Shown: positions 19,030 to 29,931 of the stretch, one piece after another
How positions within the stretch are numbered: the first letter of the stretch is position 1
Layout of the letters: each line of letters begins with the position of its first letter
Source: an uncultured delta proteobacterium
GTDB lineage: Bacteria; Myxococcota_A; Polyangia; Polyangiales; Polyangiaceae
Reading direction: 5' to 3'
DNA: 64,000 bases
NCBI GenBank assembly: GCA_963850305.1
Contig: CAWKKR010000008.1
Coordinates: 1,408,001 to 1,472,000 of the forward strand
The notes under the pieces: generated by a model
Told to the model about the DNA's origin: nothing
The model's input: only the letters and a program-made list of their open reading frames with translations
The model's database searches: none
Made by a program: the position numbers and the translations under genes

Positions 19030-20118
19030 ATGAGCAACGAGGAACCGAAATCGAGATCGGCTCTGTTGCGCGCCGAGCTCGCCGTGGCGCGCGCCCTTTT
19101 CCGGCTGCCTGCTCCGGTGCAATTCGCGCTGTCCGGCAGGCGTCCGGTGGTCGTGGACGGTCAGGCACTGCTGCCCGAGACGCAGCTTTTGCTGCGCCTC
19201 CGCGCGCTCCGGGGCGGCAAGGGGTTGAAGCGCGAGACGCCGGAGCTCGCGCGGGCCGCGATGCGACGCGAGACGGCAGCGTATCCGTGCGCGCCCGTCG
19301 CGCTCCGGAGCGTGCGTGATTTCGAGATCCCTGGGGCGGCGGGTCCGCTCCGCGTCCGTCATTACGCGCCGGACGAACTGGGCGACGTACCGCTGCTCGT
19401 GTTCTTCCACGGGGGCGCGTTCATCATCGGGGACCTCGCCACACACGACGATCCGTGTCGCCTCCTGTGCCGGCACGGCGCCGTTCACGTGCTGTCCGTC
19501 GAATATCGTCTCTCGCCCGAGCATCCATTCCCCGCTGCTCCCGACGATTGCCTCGCGGCGTTCCGCTGGGCGGCCGCGCACGCGACGGAGCTCGGCGCCA
19601 ATCCGGCGCGCGTCGGTGTCGGAGGAGACAGCGCAGGCGGGAACCTCGCCGCCGTGGTGTCGCTCGTCGCGCGCGACGACGGAGGCCGAGCTCCGTCGTT
19701 CCAGATCCTCATCTATCCCGCGACCGACAGGACGACGGTGCGGCGCTCCGTCGTCGCGTTCGGCGAGGGGTTCTTGCTCACGCGAGAGGACATGCAATGG
19801 TCGACGCGTGCGTACCTAGGTGATCGCGTCGAGCTCGGCGCGGACCCTCGGGTCTCGCCGCTCGTCGCGAAAGATCACACGGGACTCGCGCCCGCGCTCG
19901 TCGCCACGGCTGGATTCGACCCGCTCCGCGACGAGGGCGACGCCTACGCGAAGGTTCTCGAAGATGCGGGTAACCATGTCGTCTGGTTGCCGATCCCCGG
20001 CGTCCTTCACGGCTTCCTGCACATGGCGAGCGTGAGCCCCGCACCGCTCGACGCGGTCCTGCGGATTGCATGCGCGACGCGCGAGCTGAGCCGGCGCACG
20101 CGGCGCGGCATCGCCTGA
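19030..20118 (+). CDS. HSL-family esterase/lipase
   Basis: FHGGAF, GDSAGGNL, DPLRDEG, HGF. Confidence 0.93.
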   Translation: MSNEEPKSRSALLRAELAVARALFRLPAPVQFALSGRRPVVVDGQALLPETQLLLRLRALRGGKGLKRETPELARAAMRRETAAYPCAPVALRSVRDFEIPGAAGPLRVRHYAPDELGDVPLLVFFHGGAFIIGDLATHDDPCRLLCRHGAVHVLSVEYRLSPEHPFPAAPDDCLAAFRWAAAHATELGANPARVGVGGDSAGGNLAAVVSLVARDDGGRAPSFQILIYPATDRTTVRRSVVAFGEGFLLTREDMQWSTRAYLGDRVELGADPRVSPLVAKDHTGLAPALVATAGFDPLRDEGDAYAKVLEDAGNHVVWLPIPGVLHGFLHMASVSPAPLDAVLRIACATRELSRRTRRGIA

Positions 20119-20334
20119 ACGCCGGATCTCGGACTTGGCCCGGAACTCCGGAGTGTTCCCACCCGAAATCTGTAACGCGACCGGAAGACGGCGCGCTCGT
20201 AGCTCGGGTCGCGAGGGTCGTGAGCTCCAATCGATAAACTGCGACGTGTGGAAGGTAGCGACGGTGTGTGCCGTTCACGTACGTGGGCTGAGTAGGGCGG
20301 AGCTCGATTGGAGCTCGACCGAAAGGAACTCACC

Positions 20335-21516
20335 ATGTTTCGTTCTTGGGTCACTCTGGCGGGTATCTGTGCGGCAACCTGTGGGGCGGTCGCGTGCGGG
20401 TCGAGCGCATCGCCTCCAGGCGGGCCAGGCGACTCCGGGGGTGTATACGGCTTCGGAAACTACGGAAGCGGCGGCATCGGTTCGAGCTCGGGCGGCTTCG
20501 CTACCAACGAGTCAGGCGGGGTGCCCTTCGGCTCCGGCGGCGAGAGCATGGGCAACGGTGGCTACGATACGTCGATCGGCGACGGTTCGGGCGGCGCTTT
20601 CGGGGGTGGTTCGGGCGGTTCGAATGACGGCAATGGCGGCTTCTTCTCGAGCGGCGGCTCACCGAGTTCCGGTGGATTTCCCGCGGCTACCGGCGGGATG
20701 TCGGGCGCTGGCGGCGCGACCACCACCCCCGGCACGAATCCCCCTGCAGACAAGCTGCCGACCGTCACCGGGACCTGCCCGTCACTTACCACCGGGCCCA
20801 TCACCGTGAATGGCACGGCCGGAAACATCTGGGTCGGAACGAAGCCGGGCCCCATGTACATCTACTGGCACGCGACGGGCACGACCTACACGGAGATCGA
20901 CCAGGGCATGCCCGGAGCGACCAGCGGCGTTGCCACGAACGGCGGCATCGCGCTGTCCTTCAACACGACGAACAACCAGGGGACCGATACGGGCGACGCG
21001 GTGTGGTTCACGGGAGACTTCGATTCCTCGGATCAAGTCCTCGCGTGCGGCATACAGAAAGGTCTCGTCGATACGAGCCGCATTTACACCGCGGGCTACA
21101 GCGCCGGCGGTCTCCAGGCGTGCGCCATGGTCGCAACGCGCGGCAAGTACCTGGCCGCGGCGATCTGCTACTCGGGCGGCGCGGCCATCATCTCGGGCAC
21201 GCCGCAGGACACGAGCAACCTTCCTGCGACTCTCCTCCTCCACGGCGCGGCCGGCAAAGATACGTTCATCCTCGACTTCAACGCGCAGAGCCAGACGTGG
21301 GCCAACCAATACACGACCGCCGGCGGCTTCGCGATCAACTGCGACGACGGGGGAGATCACATAACGTCCGCATTCACCCGAATGGGGTTCGGCGGTCGTG
21401 CGATGCCGTTCCTGCAAGCACACACGTGGCATCAGACACCGGAGCCCTATGACCCACTGCCATCCGACTGGCCCAGCTACTGCACGATCTGGACGCCGAA
21501 CCACGCGGCCATCTGA
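20335..21516 (+). CDS. lipoprotein with Gly-rich linker and esterase/PHB-depolymerase-like domain
   Basis: AVAC lipobox, long G/S tract, RIYTAGYSAGG, D and GGDH residues. Confidence 0.75.
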   Translation: MFRSWVTLAGICAATCGAVACGSSASPPGGPGDSGGVYGFGNYGSGGIGSSSGGFATNESGGVPFGSGGESMGNGGYDTSIGDGSGGAFGGGSGGSNDGNGGFFSSGGSPSSGGFPAATGGMSGAGGATTTPGTNPPADKLPTVTGTCPSLTTGPITVNGTAGNIWVGTKPGPMYIYWHATGTTYTEIDQGMPGATSGVATNGGIALSFNTTNNQGTDTGDAVWFTGDFDSSDQVLACGIQKGLVDTSRIYTAGYSAGGLQACAMVATRGKYLAAAICYSGGAAIISGTPQDTSNLPATLLLHGAAGKDTFILDFNAQSQTWANQYTTAGGFAINCDDGGDHITSAFTRMGFGGRAMPFLQAHTWHQTPEPYDPLPSDWPSYCTIWTPNHAAI

Positions 21517-21528
21517 AAAACACCCGAC

Positions 21529-22542
21529 TCAACCCGCCGCTGTTGCCCTCAGCTTCATCCGGTGTTCGAGCGGCGACGATCCCGTCCAGCGGCGGAACGC
21601 CGTCCCGAACGCGCTCTGAGTGGAGAAGCCGAGCAGGAACGCAATCTCTCCGATCGCGACGCGGGGATTCGCGACGTACCCAAGCGCGAGCCCGCGACGA
21701 AGCTCGTCCACGATGGCCCGAAATGTCGCATTTTCTTCGCCGAGGCGGCGCCTCAATGTCGCCGTGCTCATATGAAGCTCCGCCGCCGTCTCCTCGATGC
21801 CGATGTCTTCGCGCCCGATCCTTGCCTCGAGCAGGCGGCGCACTTTTGCCTCGACCGTATCGGCGCGATCGAGCTGCCGGAGCAGCTGGTCCGAGCGCAA
21901 ATCGAACACCGAAAAGACGTGCGGATTGGCGGTAGCGACGGGCAGATCGAGGAGTGAGCGCCTGATCACGACGGCGTTGTGCGGGCGCCCGTAACGAACC
22001 GGAGCGCGGAGCAAGCGCGCGTACTCCGCGGCGTCGGTCGGCACCTCGTGCCGCAAGTGCACTTCCAGCGGGGGTTCTTGCCTGCCGAGGCGGCTCGACA
22101 CGAAGAAAAGGATCGCCGCCGCTTGAAAGTCGTTCGTCGCAGGGAGAAGCGTCGGGATGGCGTTCCGGAGTTCGATGGCGACGCGGTCCCCTTCTTCCAC
22201 GAGCACGACATCGAGGACATCGTCCTGGAGGTGCGTGTAGCGTGCCATGCACGCGAGAGCACGCCGCAGGTCCGGGCACGCGCGAGCGGCGTGATCCATC
22301 ATACCGAAATCAGCTGACTCGCAATGCTCCGCGGCGTGCAGTCCGAGCGCGACGTCGCGGGTCGTCTCGACGGCGAGCGAGATCATTTCACCGAGTAGCT
22401 GGCGTGGGATCCGCGCGTCGGGATCGGCGAGCAAGCATGGATCGATTCCCGCGTCCGACAGAACCTCGAGCTGACGCGCAAAGTCCGGGGTCGTTCTCAT
22501 GAACGGCCACACCATCCGGACGGAGACGGTCCCTTTGGTCAT
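21529..22542 (-). CDS. AraC-family regulator (OruR/ArgR type)
   Basis: DPDARIP N-domain; C-terminal EIAFLLGFSTQSAFGTAFRRWTG. Confidence 0.93.
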   Translation of the reverse strand: MTKGTVSVRMVWPFMRTTPDFARQLEVLSDAGIDPCLLADPDARIPRQLLGEMISLAVETTRDVALGLHAAEHCESADFGMMDHAARACPDLRRALACMARYTHLQDDVLDVVLVEEGDRVAIELRNAIPTLLPATNDFQAAAILFFVSSRLGRQEPPLEVHLRHEVPTDAAEYARLLRAPVRYGRPHNAVVIRRSLLDLPVATANPHVFSVFDLRSDQLLRQLDRADTVEAKVRRLLEARIGREDIGIEETAAELHMSTATLRRRLGEENATFRAIVDELRRGLALGYVANPRVAIGEIAFLLGFSTQSAFGTAFRRWTGSSPLEHRMKLRATAAG

Positions 22543-22575
22543 TCTCCCCGCCCGAACGTACCACTGGACTCTCGG

Positions 22576-23292
22576 GTGCGTGAGACGAGACCCGGCATTG
22601 AGGATGCGCCCGTGGTTTGCAGTCGTGGCGCTTCTTTGCGCGTGCGGCGGAAGGACGGCGGCCCGCCGTCAGCGGATGGCCTAATCTTCTCGAATGACTC
22701 ACGGACTCATGGGAGACGTCTCGCGTTGAGAGAAGTCGTCTGGCATTTCGATCTGCTCGGGCTGCGTACGTTGTATGGAGGCACCGGTTCGTCGGCGCTG
22801 ACGGAAGCGATGATTCTCCTGACGCTGTCCGGCGGTGTGTGGCGCGACGCCGTGGTCGCGTCGCTGCTGCTGTTCCGACGCACTCGAAGGGTGGCCTGTG
22901 GCCTTGCCGGCGTTTTGATTGTCGCCGGACTCTCGACGGCGGTTCTCAAGCACGTCGTGGGCAGACGCCGCCCCCCGTTCGCGGTTTCGGACGTGCACGC
23001 GCTGTGGGGCGCCGCCACGACCCCTTCGTTTCCGAGCGGGCACACTGCCGCGGCGTTCGCGATGGCGACGTTTCTCGCGGCGTGGGGCGGGCAGCGCATG
23101 CCTCGAGGTTTCGCGACCGTCGTCGGCGGTCTCCTGCTGCTCTGGGCGGCCGGCGTCGCGCTGTCGCGCGTGTATCTCGGCGTTCATTTCCCGAGCGATA
23201 CGATCGCTGGAGCCGTCCTCGGCGCGATCGTCGGCGCGATCGGTGCGATCCTTCACCGGCGCGCCGACGCCGCACCCCGGTCGAATGGCTAG
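22576..23292 (+). CDS. PAP2-family phosphatase
   Basis: K-x6-RP, SFPSGH, SRVYLGVHFPSD; start uncertain. Confidence 0.85.
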   Translation: MRETRPGIEDAPVVCSRGASLRVRRKDGGPPSADGLIFSNDSRTHGRRLALREVVWHFDLLGLRTLYGGTGSSALTEAMILLTLSGGVWRDAVVASLLLFRRTRRVACGLAGVLIVAGLSTAVLKHVVGRRRPPFAVSDVHALWGAATTPSFPSGHTAAAFAMATFLAAWGGQRMPRGFATVVGGLLLLWAAGVALSRVYLGVHFPSDTIAGAVLGAIVGAIGAILHRRADAAPRSNG

Positions 23293-23398
23293 AGATGCGA
23301 GCGTCGAACCCAGAGGACTCGAATCGACCGGATCAGCGGGCCCGGGAACGCACCGGCACCGTCAAAGCGGCGCCTCCTGCGAGCGGGTAGCGCATGCT

Positions 23399-23545
23399 TC
23401 AATGCGCGGCTCTGGCGTAGAAGAGGCCGATCACCGTCGCGATGACGGCGAGCACGGAGAGCACGGCGAGCACGTAGAACGTCCACGGTGGGCCTCGCTT
23501 GGGGATGCTCTCGGTCTTCGGCGATCCATGAGCGGTAGTTGCCAT
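23399..23545 (-). CDS. small single-pass membrane protein (48 aa)
   Basis: MATTAHG...WTFYVLAVLSVLAVIATVIGLFYAR; sigma54-like motif just upstream. Confidence 0.5.
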   Translation of the reverse strand: MATTAHGSPKTESIPKRGPPWTFYVLAVLSVLAVIATVIGLFYARAAH

Positions 23546-23556
23546 GTCCCCGGCGA

Positions 23557-23572
23557 TGCATCGGGCGTGCCT
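23557..23572 (-). promoter_or_regulatory. putative sigma54 promoter
   Basis: AGGCACGCCCGATGCA, GG-N10-GC. Confidence 0.5.
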
Positions 23573-23972
23573 GCGCCGCCATCGCACCTCAGGATGGCTG
23601 CCTGTGCCGATGGGGCAATCGCCTGACGCCTCTGCCCCTCCCGTCGGTCGGCGCAAGATTGGAAGCGCGGTGCACGAATTGCAGCCCCCAGATCTCTTCG
23701 AACGTCAACAGGAGAAGTCGAGTCGATCCCCGCAGTGGAAGGTTTCGGCGCTCGGGCAAAGGGGCCCCTCTGAGCGCTGGTGGCACAGAAACGCCGAGGA
23801 AGATACAAACCCACTGATTCACGTGAGGAGGCTGTTTTTGGCGACGTTCCGCTGCTGCTTGCATAAGGTCGCTCGACAGGACGCCATGATGATGAGCACA
23901 TGGTCGTCAAGCAGCGCACCCGGAAACGGGCGACGCTTCCCTCGATATCTTCCAGGCTGGAGTGCGTGATCC

Positions 23973-25013
23973 GTGAAGCGTGCGCTGGCCTTCATCGGGA
24001 TTCTGACCGTTGGCTTGATCATCGCGCTCGGTGTGCGCGTTGCCCAGCTTCGTTCGGGGGGTCGAGGCCCTCCTGGTGGCAGCGGGGTCATCGAGGGCGT
24101 CGATGTCGATGTGATGAGCCGCATCGCGACTCGGATCGTCAAGGTGAGCGTTCGCGAAGGGGACATGGTCAAGCTGCACCAGCCCGTGGTGGAGCTCGAT
24201 TGCACCGACCAGGAGGCTGCTCTCGCGCAGGCGCGCGCCGAGCTCGCGGCCGCGACGGCTTCGGTCGATGCCGCAACCGCCACGGCGGTCTCGGTCAAGA
24301 ACTCGGCGTGGGCCGCCACGAGCGACGTTTCCGCGGCGAGCTCGCAGCTCGCGGTCCTCGAGTCACAGGAGAAACTCGCGCAGATCGATCTGGAACGCAC
24401 GCGTCGATTGGTCGGACGCGGGGCGATGCCGCAGGCAGAGCTCGATAGCGCCACCACGCGCGACGACACACTGATCGCCCAGATAGCAGCACAGCACGCC
24501 GCCGAGAGCGCGACCCGCGATCACGCAGGCGCCGCGCGCAAGTCCGGCGCGGCGGCAACGGCGGAGACCGTGGTGGCCGAGCGCAACGTCGACGTCGCGG
24601 CCGCGTCCGTGACGCGCGCCGAGCTTTCGGTCCGTGAGTGCACCCTGCTCGCGCCGAGAGCGGGCATCGTCGCGACGCGCGTGCACGAGCCAGGCGAGCC
24701 GGTTCAACCCGGGACCATCGTCCTCACGATCACCGACCTCAGCGAGGCCCGCACGCGCTTCTATTTGCCCAACTCCGAGCTCGCTGCCGCCGCTCCGGGT
24801 CGCAAGGTGCGGGTGGTCGCCGACCCGTACCCCGGCACGTCGTTCGAAGGCACGATCTTCTACGTTTCCCCCCGCGCCGAGTTCACGCCTCGCAACGTTC
24901 AAACCCGAGAGGACCGGGAGCGACTCGTCTACGCGGTGGAGGTTCGAATTCCGAACCAGGACATGCGGTTGCGATCCGGCATGCCCGTCGAGGTCGCGAT
25001 CGAGGGACGATGA
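23973..25013 (+). CDS. HlyD/YbhG-type membrane fusion protein
   Basis: N-terminal [10 protein letters not shown], coiled coil, [20 protein letters not shown]. Confidence 0.92.
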   Translation: MKRALAFIGILTVGLIIALGVRVAQLRSGGRGPPGGSGVIEGVDVDVMSRIATRIVKVSVREGDMVKLHQPVVELDCTDQEAALAQARAELAAATASVDAATATAVSVKNSAWAATSDVSAASSQLAVLESQEKLAQIDLERTRRLVGRGAMPQAELDSATTRDDTLIAQIAAQHAAESATRDHAGAARKSGAAATAETVVAERNVDVAAASVTRAELSVRECTLLAPRAGIVATRVHEPGEPVQPGTIVLTITDLSEARTRFYLPNSELAAAAPGRKVRVVADPYPGTSFEGTIFYVSPRAEFTPRNVQTREDRERLVYAVEVRIPNQDMRLRSGMPVEVAIEGR

Positions 25014-25932
25014 GCCATCCCATCGAGGCGACCGGACTAACCAAGCGCTTCGGGAAGCGGCCCGCGCTCGCGGAGCTGTCGCTGCACGTCGAAGCCGGCG
25101 AGATCTTCGGGCTCGTCGGTCCGGACGGGGCGGGCAAGACGACGGCGCTGCGGATCGTCGCCGGCCTGCATCGACCCCGACCTTGGCACGGTGCGGCTCG
25201 TGGGAGGAGACCCGTTCGACCCCCGGACGACCGTGCGCGCGGCACTCGGTTACATGCCGCAGCAGTACAGCCTTTACGGGGATCTCGAGCGTCGTCGAGA
25301 ACCTCGCTTTCTTCTGCGAGATGTACGGGCTGACGCGCGCGGTGTTCCACGCCCGGCGGGACCGCTTGCTCGCGATCACCCGGCTGACGGAGTTCAAATC
25401 GCGGCGCGCCCGGGCACTGTCAGGTGGCATGTACAAGAAGCTGGCGCTTGCGTGCGCCCTGCTCCACGAGCCGAAGGTGCTATTGCTCGACGAGCCGACG
25501 AACGGGGTCGATCCCGTGAGCCGTCGCGAGTTCTGGGATCTGCTCCACGAGTTTCTGGCCGAGGGTGTGGCGATCGTGTTGGCGACGCCGTACATGGACG
25601 AAGCAGCTCGTTGCCACCGCGTCGCCTTGCTCCACGAGGGACGGTTACTCGAGGAAGGCACGCCCGACGCCATGCTCCGCGGGTTCTCACATCCGGTGTT
25701 CGCCATTGCCGGTGACCGCAACCGCCTCGAAGCTTTGGTCGCGCACGATGAGGACGTGCTCGCGTTCACGGTGACCGGCGACCATCTACGGATCGTCGTG
25801 CGGAGTGGCCGGGAGGATCGCGTGCTCGCGGGGCTCCGGAGCTCCGGCGGACAGGTGTCACCAGCGGTTGCCACTTTCGAGGATCTGTTCCTCGCGAGTA
25901 TGCACGAAGCCCCGCCGCGGAGCGAGACGTGA
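25010..25932 (+). CDS. ABC ATPase (YbhF N-half-like), 2 frameshifts
   Basis: GPDGAGKTT | [14 protein letters not shown] | LSGGM...[11 protein letters not shown] spread over three frames. Confidence 0.8.
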
Positions 25933-26851
25933 CCGAGAGCGTCGCCATCTCCGTAAAGGGTCTGATGCGCCATTTCGGTGAGTTCGTCGCCGTGCGCGAC
26001 GTCTCGTTCGAGGTCGGTGCCGGCGAGATCTTCGGCTACCTCGGAGCAAACGGCGCCGGCAAATCGACGACGATCCGGATCTTGTGCGGACTGCTCGCGG
26101 CTTCCGGAGGGGCCGCCACCGTCGCCGGAGTCGACGTTGTCCGCGACCCGCGGCGCGTGCGCCGATCAATCGGTTACATGTCGCAGAAGTTCTCTCTTTA
26201 TCTGGATCTCTCCGTCAGCGAAAATCTCGCGTTCTTCGGGGGCGCTTACGGTCTCTTCGGAGCGAACTTTCGCCGGCGCCGCGACGAAGTCGCGGAAACA
26301 CTCGAACTCGGCGTCATCGCCGACCAGATCACCGGCTCCCTGCCAGGTGGCTTGCGCCAGCGGCTCGCGCTGGCCTGCGCGATTCTACATCAGCCGCGCA
26401 TCGTGTTTCTCGACGAGCCGACCGCGGGAGTCGATCCCGGGGCGCGCCGCAGATTCTGGCAGCTCATCCGCCGCCTCGCCGCGGGCGGCACGACGATCTT
26501 CGTCACCACCCATTACATGGACGAGGCCGAATATTGCGACCGCGTCGGTCTGATGGTTGCGGGTCGCCTGGCCGCGCTGGACACCCCGCCGGTACTCAAA
26601 CGCACCTACGTGCCGGGGCGCATGCTCGAGGTGCGCGGCCTGCGTGCGGAGGACGTCGCGAATCGCTGCCGGGCGTGCGAGCGTCGAGCCGTTCGGCGCC
26701 GCGCTCCACGTGCGCGTCGCGGAGGGCGGCCCCGACGCCGCCGCGCTGGCGGGCGAGCTCGTTCGACGCGGCTTCTCGGGGAGCGGCGTCGCCGACGCCG
26801 AGGTCACGCTCGAGGACGTGTTTCTCGCCGTCGTCGGGGGAGCGAGCGTGA
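25929..26851 (+). CDS. ABC ATPase (YbhF C-half-like), frameshifted near the 3' end
   Basis: GANGAGKSTT, YMSQKFSLY, FLDEPTAGVDP, TTHYMDEAEYC; tail TLEDVF in another frame. Confidence 0.82.
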
Positions 26852-27951
26852 ACCTCGCGGCGCGCCGGACCCTCGCGATCTCCCACAAGGAGATTCTCCA
26901 CATCATCCGCGACGTCCGCGTGCTCTACCTCGCGCTCGGGCTGCCCGTGGTGATGCTGCTTCTCTTCGGCTACGGGATCTCCACCGACGTCGACCACATC
27001 CAGATCGCGGTCGTGGACCAGGATCACACGCGGGCGTCGCGGCGGCTCGTCGAAGGGCTGGTCGCCGGCGGGCAGTTCGTCGTCGCGCGCTCGACTCGCG
27101 AACGCCGACGACTCCGAGCCGCTCTTCCGCCGTGGCCTCGCCGCCGCCTCGCTGGTGATCCCACGCGACTACCAGCGCCACCTCCTGCGGGGCGAGCCGG
27201 CCGGCGCGCAACTCCTCGTCGACGCCGCGGATAGCTCGACCGCCACGATCGCGATCGGCAATGCGCTCGGCATCGTACAGGCCATCACCGCGCCGAACGC
27301 GAGCGCGAACTCGTCGCCGATCAACACACGGTTCAACCCCGCGATGCGATCCGCGTACGGGATCGTACCCGGCGTCATCGCCCTGATCTTGTCGATGGTT
27401 TCCTCGCTCCTCGCCGCGCTGACCGTGGCGCGCGAATGGGAACGGGGCAGCATGGAGCAGCTCTTCGCCACGCCCGTCCGGCGCGCCGAAATCATCGTCG
27501 GCAAGCTCGTTGCCGTACGCGGTTCTCGGGATGGTCCAGACCCTGCTCGTGGTCACGCTGGGTTCGTGGATGTTCGACGTGCCGATCCGAGGGTCGCTCG
27601 CCCTGCTGTTCCTGTGCTCTCTCCTGTTTCAGCTCGCGATGCTCGGCCTCGGCCTGCTCGTGAGCGTCGCGACCAAGAGTCAGCTCTTGTCGTCTGCAGT
27701 TCTCCATCATGATCGCGATGCTGCCGACGACGCTGCTCGGGGGCTTTCTGTTCCCGATCGCGAACATGCCCTGGCCCCTCCGGGCGATCTCGGCGGTCGT
27801 GCCCGGTCGCTATTACATCGTCGCCTTGCGAGGCGTGTTCCTCAAAGGCAACGGGCTGGCGGTACTGGCGCCGCAGGTGCTCGCGCTCGCCGCATTCGCG
27901 ACCCTGGTACTGGTGATCGCCGTCCGGCGATTTCGAAGGAGACTCGAATGA
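26848..27951 (+). CDS. ABC-2 permease (YbhS-like), multiple frameshifts
   Basis: KEILHIIRD | AREWERGSMEQL | PYAVLG | LLGGFLFPIANMP in four segments. Confidence 0.78.
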
Positions 27952-27960
27952 CGCTCCTCG

Positions 27961-29052
27961 ATGGATCTGCGTTCGCTACTGAACGTGGCGAAGAAGGAAA
28001 TGATCCAGACGCTGCGCGATCGGCGCATGCTATTCACGCTGATCGCCGCGCCCGCGATCCAGTTGATCGGGTTCGGCTATGCCGTGAATCTCGACGTCGA
28101 TCACATCCCGACCGTCGTATGCGATCAGGACCGCACGGAGACCAGCCGGGGCCTCGTCCAGGCATTCTTTGCCGGGGATACGTTTCGCGAGCACGCGGAC
28201 GTCCTCGATCCGTCCGAGGCTCAGACCGAGCTCGAGTCCGGCGAAGCGGCGGCGGCGATCATCGTTCCGCGCGACTACGCGACCCGCGCCGCACGCCGAG
28301 ATGCCCCGCAGGTCCAGGTCTTGGTCGATGGCGCGGATGCCATGCGTGCCCAGGTTGCTTCAGCCGACGCAACCCAGTTTCTGGCGAGCCGCGGCGCACC
28401 GCCGGCGACATCGCCGCCGATCACGCCGCGCATTCTCTACAACCAGCGGCTCAAGACCCCGATCTACATGGTCCCCGGAATCCTCGCGTCGCTGCTTCTC
28501 AACATCAGCGCGATCGTCACGGCGATGGGGCTCGCCCGCGAGCGCGAGACCGGAACGCTCGAGCAGCTCATGGTCACGCCCATTCATCCTGCGACTCTCT
28601 TGACGGGCAAGTGCCTACCGTTCGTCGTGTTCGGGTTGGTCGACGTCTGCGCGATCCTGCTCCTCGGTTCGGTGCTGTTCGACATGCCCATCCGCGGCTC
28701 GCTCTGGGTGGTGGGGCTCGGCGCGTTCCTCTACCTCTTCTCCACCCTCGGCATCGGTATCCTGATTGCGACGCTGAGCGGGTCGCAGCAGCAGGCGATG
28801 CTCGGCGCGCTCGCATTCATGCTCCCCACGATGCTCCTGTCGGGGTTCATGTCGCCCATCGCGAGCATGCCGGCGTGGCTGCAACCGCTGACGCTGCTCA
28901 TCCCGATGCGTCATTTCATCGAGATCCTGCGGGGCTGCTTGCTGAAGGGCGCTACGTTCACCGATCTCATGCCTCAACTGTTCGCCCTGGCGATCCTCGG
29001 GGCCGCAATCCTGGCCATCTCCGTCGCGCTGTTTCGGCGGCACGTCGCGTGA
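27961..29052 (+). CDS. ABC-2 permease (YbhR-like)
   Basis: KEMIQTLRD, ARERETGTLEQL, LSGFMSPIASMP. Confidence 0.92.
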   Translation: MDLRSLLNVAKKEMIQTLRDRRMLFTLIAAPAIQLIGFGYAVNLDVDHIPTVVCDQDRTETSRGLVQAFFAGDTFREHADVLDPSEAQTELESGEAAAAIIVPRDYATRAARRDAPQVQVLVDGADAMRAQVASADATQFLASRGAPPATSPPITPRILYNQRLKTPIYMVPGILASLLLNISAIVTAMGLARERETGTLEQLMVTPIHPATLLTGKCLPFVVFGLVDVCAILLLGSVLFDMPIRGSLWVVGLGAFLYLFSTLGIGILIATLSGSQQQAMLGALAFMLPTMLLSGFMSPIASMPAWLQPLTLLIPMRHFIEILRGCLLKGATFTDLMPQLFALAILGAAILAISVALFRRHVA

Positions 29053-29109
29053 GCGAGGTTCCTGGGTTGGGTCTGCGCCGCCGCGCAAATCTTGGATATC
29101 ATTTTGACC

Positions 29110-29931
29110 ATGCAGCATCCTCCATCCGTCCGTCGCGGGCCCGTCCTCGCGTACAAGAACGAATCCTTTCTCGACAGCGAAGAGGGGCGGCCACTTCGCA
29201 TTCTCGCGGAGTACCTGGAACCACTTGCGGCGCTCCGTCGCGAGCGCATCCACGACACGGTCGTTTTTTTCGGATCGGCCAGGCTTCGCGAGGACGGTCC
29301 GCTCGGCCGCTATTACACGGAAGCGCGCGAACTCGCTCGGCTGGTGACGGAATGGTCGAAGGGTCTTCCCAGCGGCGCCCATCGCTTCGTCGTCTGCTCG
29401 GGCGGAGGCGGGGGGATCATGGAGGCAGCCAATCGGGGGGCGTCCGATGCGAGGGGCAATACTCTGGGATTGAACATCGGTCTGCCTCACGAGCAACGGC
29501 CGAATCCGTACATCACGAACGGACTGTCGTTCGAATTCCATTATTTCTTCATGCGTAAGCTCTGGTTCGTCCACCTAGCGCGAGCGCTCGTGGTGTTTCC
29601 AGGAGGGTTCGGAACACTGGATGAACTCATGGAGACGCTGACTCTCGCGCAAACACGGAAGCTCGGAGGGAAGATCGTGATTGTTCTTTACGGATCGTCC
29701 TACTGGAAGGAAATATTGAACTTCGAAGCCCTCGTCCGACACGGCATGATTGCTCGAGAAGACCTCGAGTTGTTTCAGTTCGCGGATGACCCATCGACGG
29801 CGCTGGAACTCCTTCAACGAGGACTTGACTTGGAGACGCCGGCGACCCTTCCTGCCTTCGCGAAGTCACGCATTCATCTGTCCTCGGCAGACTCAGTCAG
29901 TGCGACGGACACGGACGGAGAGCGATCTTGA
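29110..29931 (+). CDS. LOG-family nucleotide phosphoribohydrolase
   Basis: FGSAR, GGGGGIMEAANRGA, FMRKLWF, PGGFGTLDE. Confidence 0.92.
   Translation: MQHPPSVRRGPVLAYKNESFLDSEEGRPLRILAEYLEPLAALRRERIHDTVVFFGSARLREDGPLGRYYTEARELARLVTEWSKGLPSGAHRFVVCSGGGGGIMEAANRGASDARGNTLGLNIGLPHEQRPNPYITNGLSFEFHYFFMRKLWFVHLARALVVFPGGFGTLDELMETLTLAQTRKLGGKIVIVLYGSSYWKEILNFEALVRHGMIAREDLELFQFADDPSTALELLQRGLDLETPATLPAFAKSRIHLSSADSVSATDTDGERS

Noticed and set aside
26557..27234. ATPase-permease gene fusion
   Set aside because: Best explained by an indel in the G run near 26840; a GTGA stop/start overlap exists at 26848-26851
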